The notes: generated by a model from the sequence alone, not told the origin. Shown: positions 1 to 8,955, numbered from the stretch's first letter. The stretch is DNA of 20,000 bases from an uncultured virus (IMG/VR IMGVR_UViG_3300025133_000075) (IMGVR_UViG_3300025133_000075); one strand, 5' to 3'. Numbers and translations: made by a program.

Positions 1-484
1 GCATGTTATCAATATCTTTGATCTTTGGCATAGCCCCTCTGATGAGAGTGCCTTCACCGGCTTCCATGATCCCATGAAGCTCCCGGCACAGTGTCTTCAT
101 TGAATGCTCATCAAGAGACAGCTTCTGCGTGTCCACCCCTTTGATTGATTCTGATTGAAAACCAGTGTTCTGTTTGAGGAACGAAAGCAACCGACTTTTC
201 AGCCGCTCATCTTTGTCCAACTGGTCTTCGACGATCACAAGACATTCTTCCGGCAACACTTTGATCAGCATGCCAGGAACTCGTGGCAGTGAAGCCAAGG
301 ATCGAGACTGATCTGCTGGGACCAACGCATCGCCAGAACCCTGGTCGATCACAGGACGAGTGCCTTCGATCGCACTTCTCAGCCGAAGACCTGGGATGTT
401 CTGAATGAGCAAATCGCAATTTCGCGGATGGTCTGCTTCCATCGTGAAAGAGGAAATCATTGTGTGTTCTGCTGTTTCTGCCAT
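1..484 (-). CDS. Hypothetical phage protein downstream of the major capsid gene (partial, runs off the window edge)
   Basis: Not in the ORF track. Manual translation from ATG at 484 (AGGA upstream) gives MAETAEHTMISSFTMEADHPRNCDLLIQNIPGLRLRS...KIKDIDNM with no stop to position 1. Confidence 0.75.
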   Translation of the reverse strand, partial: MAETAEHTMISSFTMEADHPRNCDLLIQNIPGLRLRSAIEGTRPVIDQGSGDALVPADQSRSLASLPRVPGMLIKVLPEECLVIVEDQLDKDERLKSRLLSFLKQNTGFQSESIKGVDTQKLSLDEHSMKTLCRELHGIMEAGEGTLIRGAMPKIKDIDNM

Positions 485-532
485 TGTTTCAATTCCTGTT
501 CTTGTGAAATAGTTGCTGTTCGTTCTGTTCTG

Positions 533-572
533 AAAAGATGCCCGTTCCGGCGAACAGAAAACCGGAACGGGC
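533..572 (-). terminator. Putative intrinsic terminator after the major capsid gene
   Basis: Perfect 11-bp GC-rich inverted repeat GCCCGTTCCGG (540-550) / CCGGAACGGGC (562-572), followed on the minus strand by ATCTTTTC, ~30 nt after the capsid stop. The U-tract is weak. Confidence 0.6.
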
Positions 573-601
573 GAGTACCGCGATACTTAACCGCACGTCC
601 C

Positions 602-2251
602 CTATACAGGGGCTGTAGTAGTTCGAGCACAAACTGCCCCACGTTCCAGCTGACCGCCATAGCGAGCCATTGCAACGATAAGCATCTCATTTGCCCGGAT
701 GAGCGTATCACCTTCAGTGGAGGTCCGCATGGTCAGACCACGTCGTCTGTACATGCGGTATCGAGCCAGGATCACATAAGCGATCTGAGCATTCGTCAGA
801 CTCTCATTGATCTTGTAAGGCCGCTGCATCCAACTGTAGTCGTCATAGGTCATTCCACCCAAACGACGAGCGTCAGAGGCTCCCACGGGGATAGCACGAG
901 CACGCTGGTAGCTGGTCTCTGTACCAATCCACACAGCACTACTCTTGACAGAAGCACGATGCTCTGCCTTGGCAACACCGAATCGAGTAGATTCGTAGTT
1001 ACCGAGAGAAGTAGCTCCACCCCAAGCAACAGAAGTTGCTCCGGTCTTGTTCATCACACCTTCTGGCTGAGTCGTGCCGTTACCGACAGCGATCACATCA
1101 TCCAGATCTTCCATCAGACGTTCACCATACTGAGAGGTGATGTGCTGGCCGAAATCGATCGGTGTATCAGACAAGAAGTCCAAACCAATGCGAATGGCAC
1201 CTTCCCAGCGGAAGATGGTGGTATCGAACGCTGACACATACGATGCTGTGTTGAACAGACTGATGGCAGAGTCATCGACACCACCCCAGCTCGCTGACAC
1301 AGTACCAGTGGCCACACCTTCAACACGTCGACCACGATCAAGCGGCTGGGTGCTGACGAGCGGGTACAGCTCACCATGGAGCAGAGGAGTCTGAATCACC
1401 TGATCGTCGAATACGATCGGTGCGGCTTCCAGTCCACCAGAAGTAGCGTCGTCGATCAGAGCCTTCTGCTCTGAAGGAGACAACTTGCGATCTTTGATGT
1501 CGGCTGAGTCGCCACCATCAGAAGCACCGCCCCACTTCTCGTTTTCCATGGCATAACAAAGGAGTTCTTTGCTGTGCTGTGTCAGCTGGTCGAATGCCAG
1601 TCGACGACTTTTCATTCGAGATCGATTGATCTCAAACTGAGCGAACGCACCGGCAACAGCCTTGTCGCGATCGGAAGAGTCATCAAGAGCCCGACCCGTG
1701 GCTTCGTCACGCACTCGACGACCGGCCTGAGGATGAGCAAAACCTTTTTCCGTCATTTCAGGATAGTGAAGAGCTGACTTCGTGGAGTCGTAAGAGTCGG
1801 CAGCTTCCTTGACTCGAACAGTGAAACTCTTTTCGCCGTCTTCGTCTTCGGAAATGTGAGCACCAACAGAAACGATCATCTTCTGCAGTCGAGAGGGTTT
1901 CATTGATTTATCTCCAGAAGGCTCAGTGGATTTGCCTTCTTCCACATCGGCTTCTTCTGTGCTGTCGTCAGCATCAGTTTCATCGTCAGCTTCTTCGTCT
2001 TCTTCAGAGGCATCTTCTTCAGATGCGTTCTTCAGATCAACGACAGCGTCTTTCAGATCGACCAGAAGGTCTTTGAAAGCAGAAGCTTCTTCGTCTTCGT
2101 CTTCTTCGGACAGGCTCTTCAGCTTGTCTGGAGTCAGGTCACCAGCCACCAACGCTTTCGCGGCGGCTGCCTTGAACTCGTCATCAGTGGCGTCGACATC
2201 GACATCACATTCTTTGACCAGCCAAGACTTAAAATTGCGTGTGAGATTCAT
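602..2251 (-). CDS. Major capsid protein, HK97 fold, with long acidic N-terminal scaffold/delta-like region
   Basis: 549 aa directly after the prohead protease. The C-terminal half has HK97-like signatures (KALIDDATSGGLEAAPIVF, FLSDTPIDFGQHI, VIAVGNGTTQPEGV, ARYGG). Confidence 0.9.
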   Translation of the reverse strand: MNLTRNFKSWLVKECDVDVDATDDEFKAAAAKALVAGDLTPDKLKSLSEEDEDEEASAFKDLLVDLKDAVVDLKNASEEDASEEDEEADDETDADDSTEEADVEEGKSTEPSGDKSMKPSRLQKMIVSVGAHISEDEDGEKSFTVRVKEAADSYDSTKSALHYPEMTEKGFAHPQAGRRVRDEATGRALDDSSDRDKAVAGAFAQFEINRSRMKSRRLAFDQLTQHSKELLCYAMENEKWGGASDGGDSADIKDRKLSPSEQKALIDDATSGGLEAAPIVFDDQVIQTPLLHGELYPLVSTQPLDRGRRVEGVATGTVSASWGGVDDSAISLFNTASYVSAFDTTIFRWEGAIRIGLDFLSDTPIDFGQHITSQYGERLMEDLDDVIAVGNGTTQPEGVMNKTGATSVAWGGATSLGNYESTRFGVAKAEHRASVKSSAVWIGTETSYQRARAIPVGASDARRLGGMTYDDYSWMQRPYKINESLTNAQIAYVILARYRMYRRRGLTMRTSTEGDTLIRANEMLIVAMARYGGQLERGAVCARTTTAPV

Positions 2252-2317
2252 CGTATCACTTTCGTTCTCAACACCCTAAAAACCACGCTCGCGACCGCCG
2301 CTTGCAGTGGTGTGTTT

Positions 2318-3817
2318 CTACTCGATGATAGAAGTGACTGCTTTTTTGTAAAGAGCAGTTGTCTTCTTCATGTCTCGAATGTTCTTCATTGCCTCCAGCA
2401 CTGTCAGCATCTGATCCAGATCAGCAGCATCGGCTTTCGTCAAGAAAGTCTCAGCAGCCTTTGCAATAAGCTCTGGCTCAGAAATTTCAACTTCAGTACC
2501 TTTGCCATCATCTTCATAACCGGCAGACTTCACTACTGATTGAACAGTCTTGAAGCACTTGTCACACAAAGCTTTGCCAGATCGAGTGCTGACGTGATCT
2601 TTGTGCAACTCCTCCATGTCCTTGGTCACATCCAGCAGCTTGTTGTAATTTGATTTGCTGAGGACTCGACCGGCTTTCTCTCCATCAAAGCTCTTGTCTT
2701 CTTTTTTGTCATCCTTGCCATCGTCGTTGCCCTGTGGCTTTTCTTTTGGCATCTTTTCACCACACTTGGTGCAGACCCCATCAACCACTTTGCCTTTACA
2801 CTTCGGACAAATCATTTCCGATTCTTTGGCATCGTCTTCTTCTCCGTGTCCGTCTCCGACGCCTTTGTCGGCATCGTCATCGGTTTTTTCTGATGCACAG
2901 GGACAGGTTCCTGGAGTTTTTCCAAGAGGGCATTTTGTTGAGCTTGACTTGGTTTCATCTTCTGTCTCTTTCACATTGAGTGTGATGTTGAGGTCCAGCC
3001 CACCCGCTGAGACAGTAGACTTCCGATCGGCTCTCAACTTCTTACCAAAGGACTTCATCATCGAACTCGACAACTTGTCGGATTCGATGAGATCCAGGTA
3101 GACTTCAACAACTTCTGAATCAGGATTGGCAGGAACACTGACCCCTGATTCTTCCATGATTTCAAATGACTTGATATCGAAACCACCAGGCTTGGTAGTC
3201 TTGCCTTCGTCCTGTTTGATCGCTTCGAATTCAAGAGCTTTGAATCCATGCGAAAATCGAAGCATGTCATTGTCAACCATCACTGCCGCATCATGCGACA
3301 ACTCATTGAGGTCGATGATCGCTGTGTACATGTCGAGGTATTTGCTGGTGTGCTCAGCAACACCTAACGCTTTACCGATCGGCAGTGTGTGAACGTGCTG
3401 CCAAAGCAGAAGCATTTTGGGGTCAGGTCGAGCCCCCTGTGTTCTGAGGATATCTCCATCTCTGTCTTTTCGAGGAGTCGTCAATCGATTCCGAAACACC
3501 ATCAAAGTGTTCTTCGGCAACTCGATCGAAGTGTCTCCCATTGAATTATGGAGCGTCCGATTCTTGCATTCCCCATACTTGTCCTGAACTTCCATTTCAG
3601 GATTGGAATAAGTGAGGACACCGCTGGCTCGCTTCACGGCATCATGGAACGATACATTCTTCACCGAAGCGTATCGATTGCACAAATCCGAGCCTACGCA
3701 CTGTTGCAGGTTCTTTGCGTAAGCATCGCCTGTAGAAATGCCGTAATTGAATTCCGTTTTCTTTTCTTGACGAGTTCGGATCGATCCGAGCAGCTCGTCA
3801 TTTGAAGTCTGCGGCAT
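2318..3817 (-). CDS. HK97-family prohead (maturation) protease with Cys-rich/acidic C-terminal extension
   Basis: Motifs KDRDGD, LLWQH (catalytic His), PIGK, FSHGF (catalytic Ser), EESGVSVPANP and KAGRVLS; lies immediately upstream of the capsid gene. Confidence 0.9.
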   Translation of the reverse strand: MPQTSNDELLGSIRTRQEKKTEFNYGISTGDAYAKNLQQCVGSDLCNRYASVKNVSFHDAVKRASGVLTYSNPEMEVQDKYGECKNRTLHNSMGDTSIELPKNTLMVFRNRLTTPRKDRDGDILRTQGARPDPKMLLLWQHVHTLPIGKALGVAEHTSKYLDMYTAIIDLNELSHDAAVMVDNDMLRFSHGFKALEFEAIKQDEGKTTKPGGFDIKSFEIMEESGVSVPANPDSEVVEVYLDLIESDKLSSSMMKSFGKKLRADRKSTVSAGGLDLNITLNVKETEDETKSSSTKCPLGKTPGTCPCASEKTDDDADKGVGDGHGEEDDAKESEMICPKCKGKVVDGVCTKCGEKMPKEKPQGNDDGKDDKKEDKSFDGEKAGRVLSKSNYNKLLDVTKDMEELHKDHVSTRSGKALCDKCFKTVQSVVKSAGYEDDGKGTEVEISEPELIAKAAETFLTKADAADLDQMLTVLEAMKNIRDMKKTTALYKKAVTSIIE

Positions 3818-4104
3818 TATATGTCTCTCCCTGCAAAGTAATGTACGTTCAAGACCGCATCCGCACCACCAGATCGAATGAACTTGATGGCTTTCAGATC
3901 TGCGATCAAAAACGATTTTGGTTCAGAGGTAGTGAGCAGAACCATGCCCGCTGTGACAGTTGGAGCTGTTCCATCCATCGTGTACCGGATGTTCTGCGTG
4001 TCTGCCTGCAACTCGCAATGAGTAGCATTCGCAGGGGGAGCCAAATCAGATACAGTCTTGACTACAGTGGATATGGCTTCTTGTTCGTACAGAAGGTATG
4101 GCAT
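3817..4104 (-). CDS. Small phage protein, possibly virion-structural
   Basis: 95 aa, beta-rich with IRYTMDGTAPT; TAATG overlap with the protease start and TGATG overlap with the upstream ORF. Confidence 0.7.
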   Translation of the reverse strand: MPYLLYEQEAISTVVKTVSDLAPPANATHCELQADTQNIRYTMDGTAPTVTAGMVLLTTSEPKSFLIADLKAIKFIRSGGADAVLNVHYFAGRDI

Positions 4105-4481
4105 CAGTCAGCTTCCCGAATTACTTGCTTCCGGAACTTATCAGAAACTCGCCCCTCCAGAACCGCCAACAGCTGCTTCACATAGTTGGCATCTTCATGC
4201 CCACCATCTTCAATCGAATCCAACCAGAGCTGGATATCATGAATGTGTGGAAGCGTCTGTGCGGCGTCAGAAGGTACCTTCAGAGCCCCTTTGGCCTTGC
4301 CCTTGACTCTCTGAGCCACTTCTCTAATGAGTCGATACAGCGGCTGGATCTTATCCTGACCGCCATTGAAACAAAGACAATTGAGAGCGTCTTGGTTCAC
4401 ATGCACAGTCCGAGGAGATCCCAACTCTTGTGAAGCTGGATCCTCGCTCGGTGCTGTGACTGGTCTCTTTCTTGTCGCCAT
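4104..4481 (-). CDS. Hypothetical protein
   Basis: 125-aa ORF coupled to the next gene by a TGATG overlap. Confidence 0.65.
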   Translation of the reverse strand: MATRKRPVTAPSEDPASQELGSPRTVHVNQDALNCLCFNGGQDKIQPLYRLIREVAQRVKGKAKGALKVPSDAAQTLPHIHDIQLWLDSIEDGGHEDANYVKQLLAVLEGRVSDKFRKQVIREAD

Positions 4482-4530
4482 AATTCCGATTTCTGTCTAA
4501 AGGACCAAGAGCTTACGAGCTGCTGGACGA

Positions 4531-4905
4531 CTATGAAGAACTGCTTGAGCTGGACTGTGAACTTGAGGAGCTAGAGCTGCTTGAGCTTGAGCTTGACAGG
4601 TCTTCCATCGACAGAACTCGGAAGAGTCCGTCGTCAGCTACAGGTCCGTTGTACTGCAATTCCCCTGTGTGGAAATTCAAAACCTTGAGAGGTGGCGTCT
4701 CACCAGAACTCAGCACATCAGCAAGAGTAGCCTGCCAAATCGTAGAGCTTGGGAGATTGACTGACACGTTTTCGTTCGCACCAGCATCTGCATTGTGCTG
4801 AGCAGAAGGAGCTGAATCATCGCCAGCTCGATGAAACCGCGTAATGACCAGTGTTCGCGATGCCAATCCGGAAACAGGCCCCAGGTAAAAATTGACTCGT
4901 TTCAT
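4531..4905 (-). CDS. Hypothetical beta-rich protein with C-terminal poly-serine tail
   Basis: 124 aa ending S13-Q-S7, encoded by mixed TCN/AGY codons. Confidence 0.7.
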   Translation of the reverse strand: MKRVNFYLGPVSGLASRTLVITRFHRAGDDSAPSAQHNADAGANENVSVNLPSSTIWQATLADVLSSGETPPLKVLNFHTGELQYNGPVADDGLFRVLSMEDLSSSSSSSSSSSSSQSSSSSSS

Positions 4906-4925
4906 GACTCACACTTTCTTAACAG

Positions 4926-4973
4926 AAAAAGCCTCTGACGGCTGAAATGGTTACAGATCAGGAGTCGAGGCTT
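4926..4973 (-). terminator. Extended hairpin plus U-tract (terminator or leader attenuator)
   Basis: Minus strand AAGCCTC-GAC..CTGA-loop-TCAG..GTC-A-GAGGCTT-TTT in the 4906-5043 intergenic gap. Confidence 0.45.
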
Positions 4974-5043
4974 GTGAGCTTAGACGATTCAAATTGTGAC
5001 TATCGAAGAACGGTATTGGGTGCTACCAAAACAGACAAGAGCA

Positions 5044-5274
5044 TTACCTGTTTTTATTTGGATTTTTCGGTTTTTCAATCTCATCCAAATAGCAGCGAAC
5101 ATGAAGCACTCGACGATTGTTTCCGTGTACTTCGAGCCTCACAGTAAAATCCCTACCAGCTGTCATGTTCTCGCAAAACCGATCTTGGAATTTCCTGAGT
5201 CCTGTTAGCATCTGCCCTAAAGACTCATCATCATTTTCCAACACCTTCTGCAACGTGTTTATTTGTTGGTTCAT
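5044..5274 (-). CDS. Hypothetical protein (~76 aa)
   Basis: Track ORF 5044..5322. The likelier start is ATG 5274 (MNQQINTL), which forms an ATGA overlap with the upstream stop. Confidence 0.6.
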   Translation of the reverse strand: MNQQINTLQKVLENDDESLGQMLTGLRKFQDRFCENMTAGRDFTVRLEVHGNNRRVLHVRCYLDEIEKPKNPNKNR

Positions 5275-5711
5275 GAAACTCTCCAAGGCACTCGGAGAAC
5301 CATCACATCTTCCCCAGCCCACCGTTGAATTCCATCCAGGATCGTTCGGATCTCTGTCGGATCGTCTGTTTTCAATGCCACTTCCAGCAGATCAGTGGAG
5401 CACAAAGGGACTCTGGAACAACTCAATTTCACTTCGTTAGGATGAGCTGACAGCACAAGAAAATCAATACCAGCTACCAGCATCGGCGGCTTCGTTCTGC
5501 TTCTTTTGATGATCTCCACTTCAGCACAATTGACAATCAAAGTATTGACGTGCTCTCTGGTGTAATCATCAACACCTCTCAACACTTTCTTTCTCTGATC
5601 TGCTTTCAAATCGACTGACACCCTGGCCACCATTCGGTCCCCTGGATAATACTTTGTCTGTGTCGATTCTATGTCTGAGAGTAACGGCACGGCTCTGTTC
5701 ATGACTGCCAT
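5271..5711 (-). CDS. Hypothetical protein
   Basis: 146-aa ORF overlapping both neighbours in a tightly packed operon. Confidence 0.65.
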   Translation of the reverse strand: MAVMNRAVPLLSDIESTQTKYYPGDRMVARVSVDLKADQRKKVLRGVDDYTREHVNTLIVNCAEVEIIKRSRTKPPMLVAGIDFLVLSAHPNEVKLSCSRVPLCSTDLLEVALKTDDPTEIRTILDGIQRWAGEDVMVLRVPWRVS

Positions 5712-6007
5712 TCTATTTTAGGTTTCTTTTGATTCCGAAGCTCCGCATTGATTTCAAGCGTCCATTCTGCGAACTCTTTCAATGCCTGTTCTTCTTCCTG
5801 CGAGCTTCGAAGATCCCCTGTTCGATGACGCACCACCATGGTTCGCCACAAGATCATCGCACTGTCCAACTCTACTGGTATTGGAATCTCTGTGTGCCGA
5901 ACCCTTTCATGTAGACCGGCGACATCCAGAAAACGATCCTGAACTGCCTCACTCAATCCAATGGTATCTTGACTGGATGGGTAAAGGACATTCTTATGCA
6001 GTTCCAT
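5699..6007 (-). CDS. Hypothetical protein (~102 aa)
   Basis: Track ORF 5699..6064. The likelier start is ATG 6007 (MELHKNV) with GGAG upstream. Confidence 0.6.
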   Translation of the reverse strand: MELHKNVLYPSSQDTIGLSEAVQDRFLDVAGLHERVRHTEIPIPVELDSAMILWRTMVVRHRTGDLRSSQEEEQALKEFAEWTLEINAELRNQKKPKIEWQS

Positions 6008-6524
6008 CTGTTTCTTCTCCCTGTTCTTCATTGTGGACCACAACATCAGGAAGCATAGCCCCAACCGTAGCTGGTGACAAACCTATAAACGCATTTGTAT
6101 AGGTCTCAAACACAGCCTCCATCATCCATTCCCATTCTTCATCTTTAACATCGTCCTCTCCCGCAATTTCAGCGACCTTTGCGACAGCATCAAACAGCAT
6201 CAAACAGCAGTGCTCCATGATCTTGGTTGAATCTGTTTCTGATGATCCCAGGAACTTGGCACAGTAGTCATCAATGACGCCCGGCTGATTCCACCTATAA
6301 GCAGCTCGATAATCTTTATGCTCTCCGAGGAGAATTTTAGCCAATCGCTTGCAGAGCTTTTTATAATCATCTGGAGTGTCTATAAACTGCGATACGTAAT
6401 ATCGAAGCAGATTCTTTACTGTGTGGACATCCCCCAGGTACACAGGGTCTTTCGACTCCTTTAATGCACTGCGAAAAGGTTTATCTAAACCAACGTCTCT
6501 GAATGTGCTCTCTTCTGTCATCAT
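5994..6524 (-). CDS. Hypothetical acidic helical protein; candidate immunity partner of the upstream kinase/ART
   Basis: 176 aa, starting 7 nt after the stop of the 807-aa effector with GGAG-poor but tight spacing. Function is inferred from position only. Confidence 0.6.
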   Translation of the reverse strand: MMTEESTFRDVGLDKPFRSALKESKDPVYLGDVHTVKNLLRYYVSQFIDTPDDYKKLCKRLAKILLGEHKDYRAAYRWNQPGVIDDYCAKFLGSSETDSTKIMEHCCLMLFDAVAKVAEIAGEDDVKDEEWEWMMEAVFETYTNAFIGLSPATVGAMLPDVVVHNEEQGEETDGTA

Positions 6525-6531
6525 TTAATTT

Positions 6532-8955
6532 CTATGGAGGGCAGCATTGCCCTTCAAGTGTGGGTAGTGCCGTAGCAAATATGATTGTATCTATCGTACC
6601 AGGGGCATCGAACTTGCCCATGCCTTTGTCGCTCTTCTTTTGTACCCTTGTCACCAGAAGCCGTTGATTGGATGGCAGCAAAACTTCTTTCTCACCACCG
6701 TTCGCAGAATGCTTATCTACCGGCAAGCCCTTGACGCCTTCCCCTGCCGTGATCTTCCAAAGATTATTGCCCGACATCTTTCCGTACGGATCTGAAGTAG
6801 TAGACATCACACCTTTATCTGACACCACCAACCCCGGCTTCATGCCACTCATGTCTCCTGAGTGCTTGCGAGTTACCGTCACACCTGGATCGATTGGGAT
6901 GCTGTATTTGTGGACTCCAATGGCAACACTATGTGCTCGTTTGCTAGTATCCGCCGATCCGGTTTCTTCTTGGCGAAGCACACGATTCATAGGACCGTAC
7001 CCAGATCCCGTATATGATTTGATTGCAGTCTTATGCCCAACTGCCTTCTTGAAAGCTTTAGATCCAGCCTCATGTAAAGCATCAGCGTTGCTCCAATCCA
7101 AAATGTTAATTGGCGTATGAGCCCCCTTGCCTTCTTCTTCTGCGATCGATCCCAACACATCCCACTTGCCAACCTTACTAAGTCCTTTCTGTCCTTTTGC
7201 TGATTGTATTGAATTCACCAAATTCGCTGATGTCTCTGACATCGGCTTTGGTGGAGCTGGTGGATTCAATTGACTCTCTACGTTATTGATCAAGGCATTG
7301 ATGTGATTTTTTACCTTTGGTGATTTGACTTCTCCAGTAGCAATCATACTCTGGAGCTGGGAGATATTACCTTTCAGAGCAAATATACCAGCCTTTTGTA
7401 ATTGCCCTTTGTTGATAGCAGCATGAGTTGCGTTCTGATCAGAATGGAATTCTGGCTGTTCCGGAAACTTGTTTGGATCAATTTTGATCGGTTTGGGCTC
7501 GGCTTTTGGCTTGACGTTAGAAGGCTTCACTGTTGGAGATTGGTTGCTCTTCATCGCTGCCTTTGCAGCTTCTTTGTAAGCATGCACAGCTTGACCTGCC
7601 TTCGTCGTCAAGCCGCCTGTTGCTACCGTTTGGAGCTTATCCAAAGAACCTTCATTGATGTACTGCTTGATCACTTTCAACTTCATTTTTGCTGTCGTTA
7701 GCCCCACTTCAGTACCTTGAAAAACAGGCTCTGGTGGCATCGCTGTGTGAGTCTTCGGAGCTACTGGTTTCTCATCTTCCACACCCGCTTTCTTGATGAT
7801 CGAGTCTCTTCGTGATTTCAAGAGGGCTTTGATAGAGGCCCTGTGAGCGTCGTCAGAGCTTCCGAACTGATCCACGAGCTTATCGATGTCTTTGTCTTTG
7901 ACGTTCTTTAGCTTCGAAGCTGTGTGCTGTATCTCCTTATGAGACATCTCACCAAACACTTTGGCCATCGTCTCGTTTTTGCTTGGATCCCGCAACGACT
8001 CGAACTCTGAAGCCACCGCATCAAAGTTCTTTTTGCCAGCACCACCCCCACCTTTCCAGTCGAGTCCCCCTCCAACATCGATAGCGACCATCCCAGTCTT
8101 GGACTTGTCCTTCCAGTGGATATTGTCCATTGGATTTTCAGATCCAGCACCAACTGCATCCCTGTTATTCAGCCAAGCATGGACAGCAAAGTCCTTTCCT
8201 GCGATCGATTGAGCATGTACCGAATTCCAGTTTGGCTTCGCTGAATCATCCAACCACTCGCCCGCGACACCCACCTTTCCATCGATATCAACCAGATGCA
8301 TCTTCTTGGTGCCGCCTCCGGCCAACTCATAGAGCTTGGCTGTGAGCACTTCGTTCCTGGCTCGCTCTGGATCATCCGGAATCTTCACATAATACTTTTT
8401 GCCACCCATCATATAGGTGCCACCTTTTTCCGTTCCGAGCTTGCCTCCGATCTTCTTCCAGTTCTGACCATCTGCGATCTCTGGTGGATCTGAAGCGATC
8501 GCTCCGTCTGGTAGTCCGAACAGCCCCTTGGCTTTCATGTCAAGAAGATTCTGCTGGACTTTGGCAATCTTCTTGTTGATCCCCTTCGGATTCTTGTTCT
8601 TGCTCATGTTCTTTTCGAAAGCGTCCCAATCGCCTTCTTCTGCGAGCTTCTCCAGCTTGTCAACTTTCTTGAGCCAGTTATTCAACCAAGCTTTGGTCTT
8701 GGGAGTGCCTGCTGTGTGCTTGCTGAAATCGACTCCAGAGAGCCCTCCCACAGATCCCGGCACAATGTGCCCATCAGCATCGTACTGAGCCGCTGAGTAC
8801 CCACCACCTTTGCCTGAGCCCTTACCAGATGAATGGGACATCTGATCGTGATGTCCTGGCATGTGCTTCTCTTCAGAAAGCTCTGCGTCTGGCTTTCCCT
8901 GAGCGGCCAATCGATCGTATTCTGCTTGTGTGAAATCTTCTTCTAAAAAAATCAC
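6532..8955 (-). CDS. Two-enzyme effector: HipA/PI3K-like kinase plus C-terminal VIP2/Alt-like (R-S-E) ADP-ribosyltransferase
   Basis: GTG start with GGAGG RBS. Kinase motifs: LGTEKGG, YYVK, NEVL, WLNNRDAVG..DNI, AIDVG. ART motifs: IKSYTGSGYGPMNRVLR, VTRK, GVMSTT, GEKEVLLP. Variant tag KHMPGHHDQMSH at aa 30. Confidence 0.8.
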   Translation of the reverse strand: MIFLEEDFTQAEYDRLAAQGKPDAELSEEKHMPGHHDQMSHSSGKGSGKGGGYSAAQYDADGHIVPGSVGGLSGVDFSKHTAGTPKTKAWLNNWLKKVDKLEKLAEEGDWDAFEKNMSKNKNPKGINKKIAKVQQNLLDMKAKGLFGLPDGAIASDPPEIADGQNWKKIGGKLGTEKGGTYMMGGKKYYVKIPDDPERARNEVLTAKLYELAGGGTKKMHLVDIDGKVGVAGEWLDDSAKPNWNSVHAQSIAGKDFAVHAWLNNRDAVGAGSENPMDNIHWKDKSKTGMVAIDVGGGLDWKGGGGAGKKNFDAVASEFESLRDPSKNETMAKVFGEMSHKEIQHTASKLKNVKDKDIDKLVDQFGSSDDAHRASIKALLKSRRDSIIKKAGVEDEKPVAPKTHTAMPPEPVFQGTEVGLTTAKMKLKVIKQYINEGSLDKLQTVATGGLTTKAGQAVHAYKEAAKAAMKSNQSPTVKPSNVKPKAEPKPIKIDPNKFPEQPEFHSDQNATHAAINKGQLQKAGIFALKGNISQLQSMIATGEVKSPKVKNHINALINNVESQLNPPAPPKPMSETSANLVNSIQSAKGQKGLSKVGKWDVLGSIAEEEGKGAHTPINILDWSNADALHEAGSKAFKKAVGHKTAIKSYTGSGYGPMNRVLRQEETGSADTSKRAHSVAIGVHKYSIPIDPGVTVTRKHSGDMSGMKPGLVVSDKGVMSTTSDPYGKMSGNNLWKITAGEGVKGLPVDKHSANGGEKEVLLPSNQRLLVTRVQKKSDKGMGKFDAPGTIDTIIFATALPTLEGQCCPP
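8830..8868 (-). repeat. Effector tag copy 8 (variant KHMPGHHDQMSHS)
   Basis: aa 30 of the 807-aa ORF, followed by a Gly-rich linker. Confidence 0.7.

Noticed and set aside
207..711. Track ORFs 207..419 and 457..711 on the minus strand
   Set aside because: They are alternative frames overlapping the capsid end, the terminator hairpin and the better ORF starting at 484.
2252..2320. Protease and capsid are in frame, separated by 22 codons whose only stop is TAG; the portal TAG is also followed by an in-frame ORF. Considered TAG recoding (genetic code 15).
   Set aside because: The long ORFs (1326, 807, 549 aa) contain no internal TAG, and TAG clearly acts as a stop just before out-of-frame starts at 16461, 16787 and 6532.
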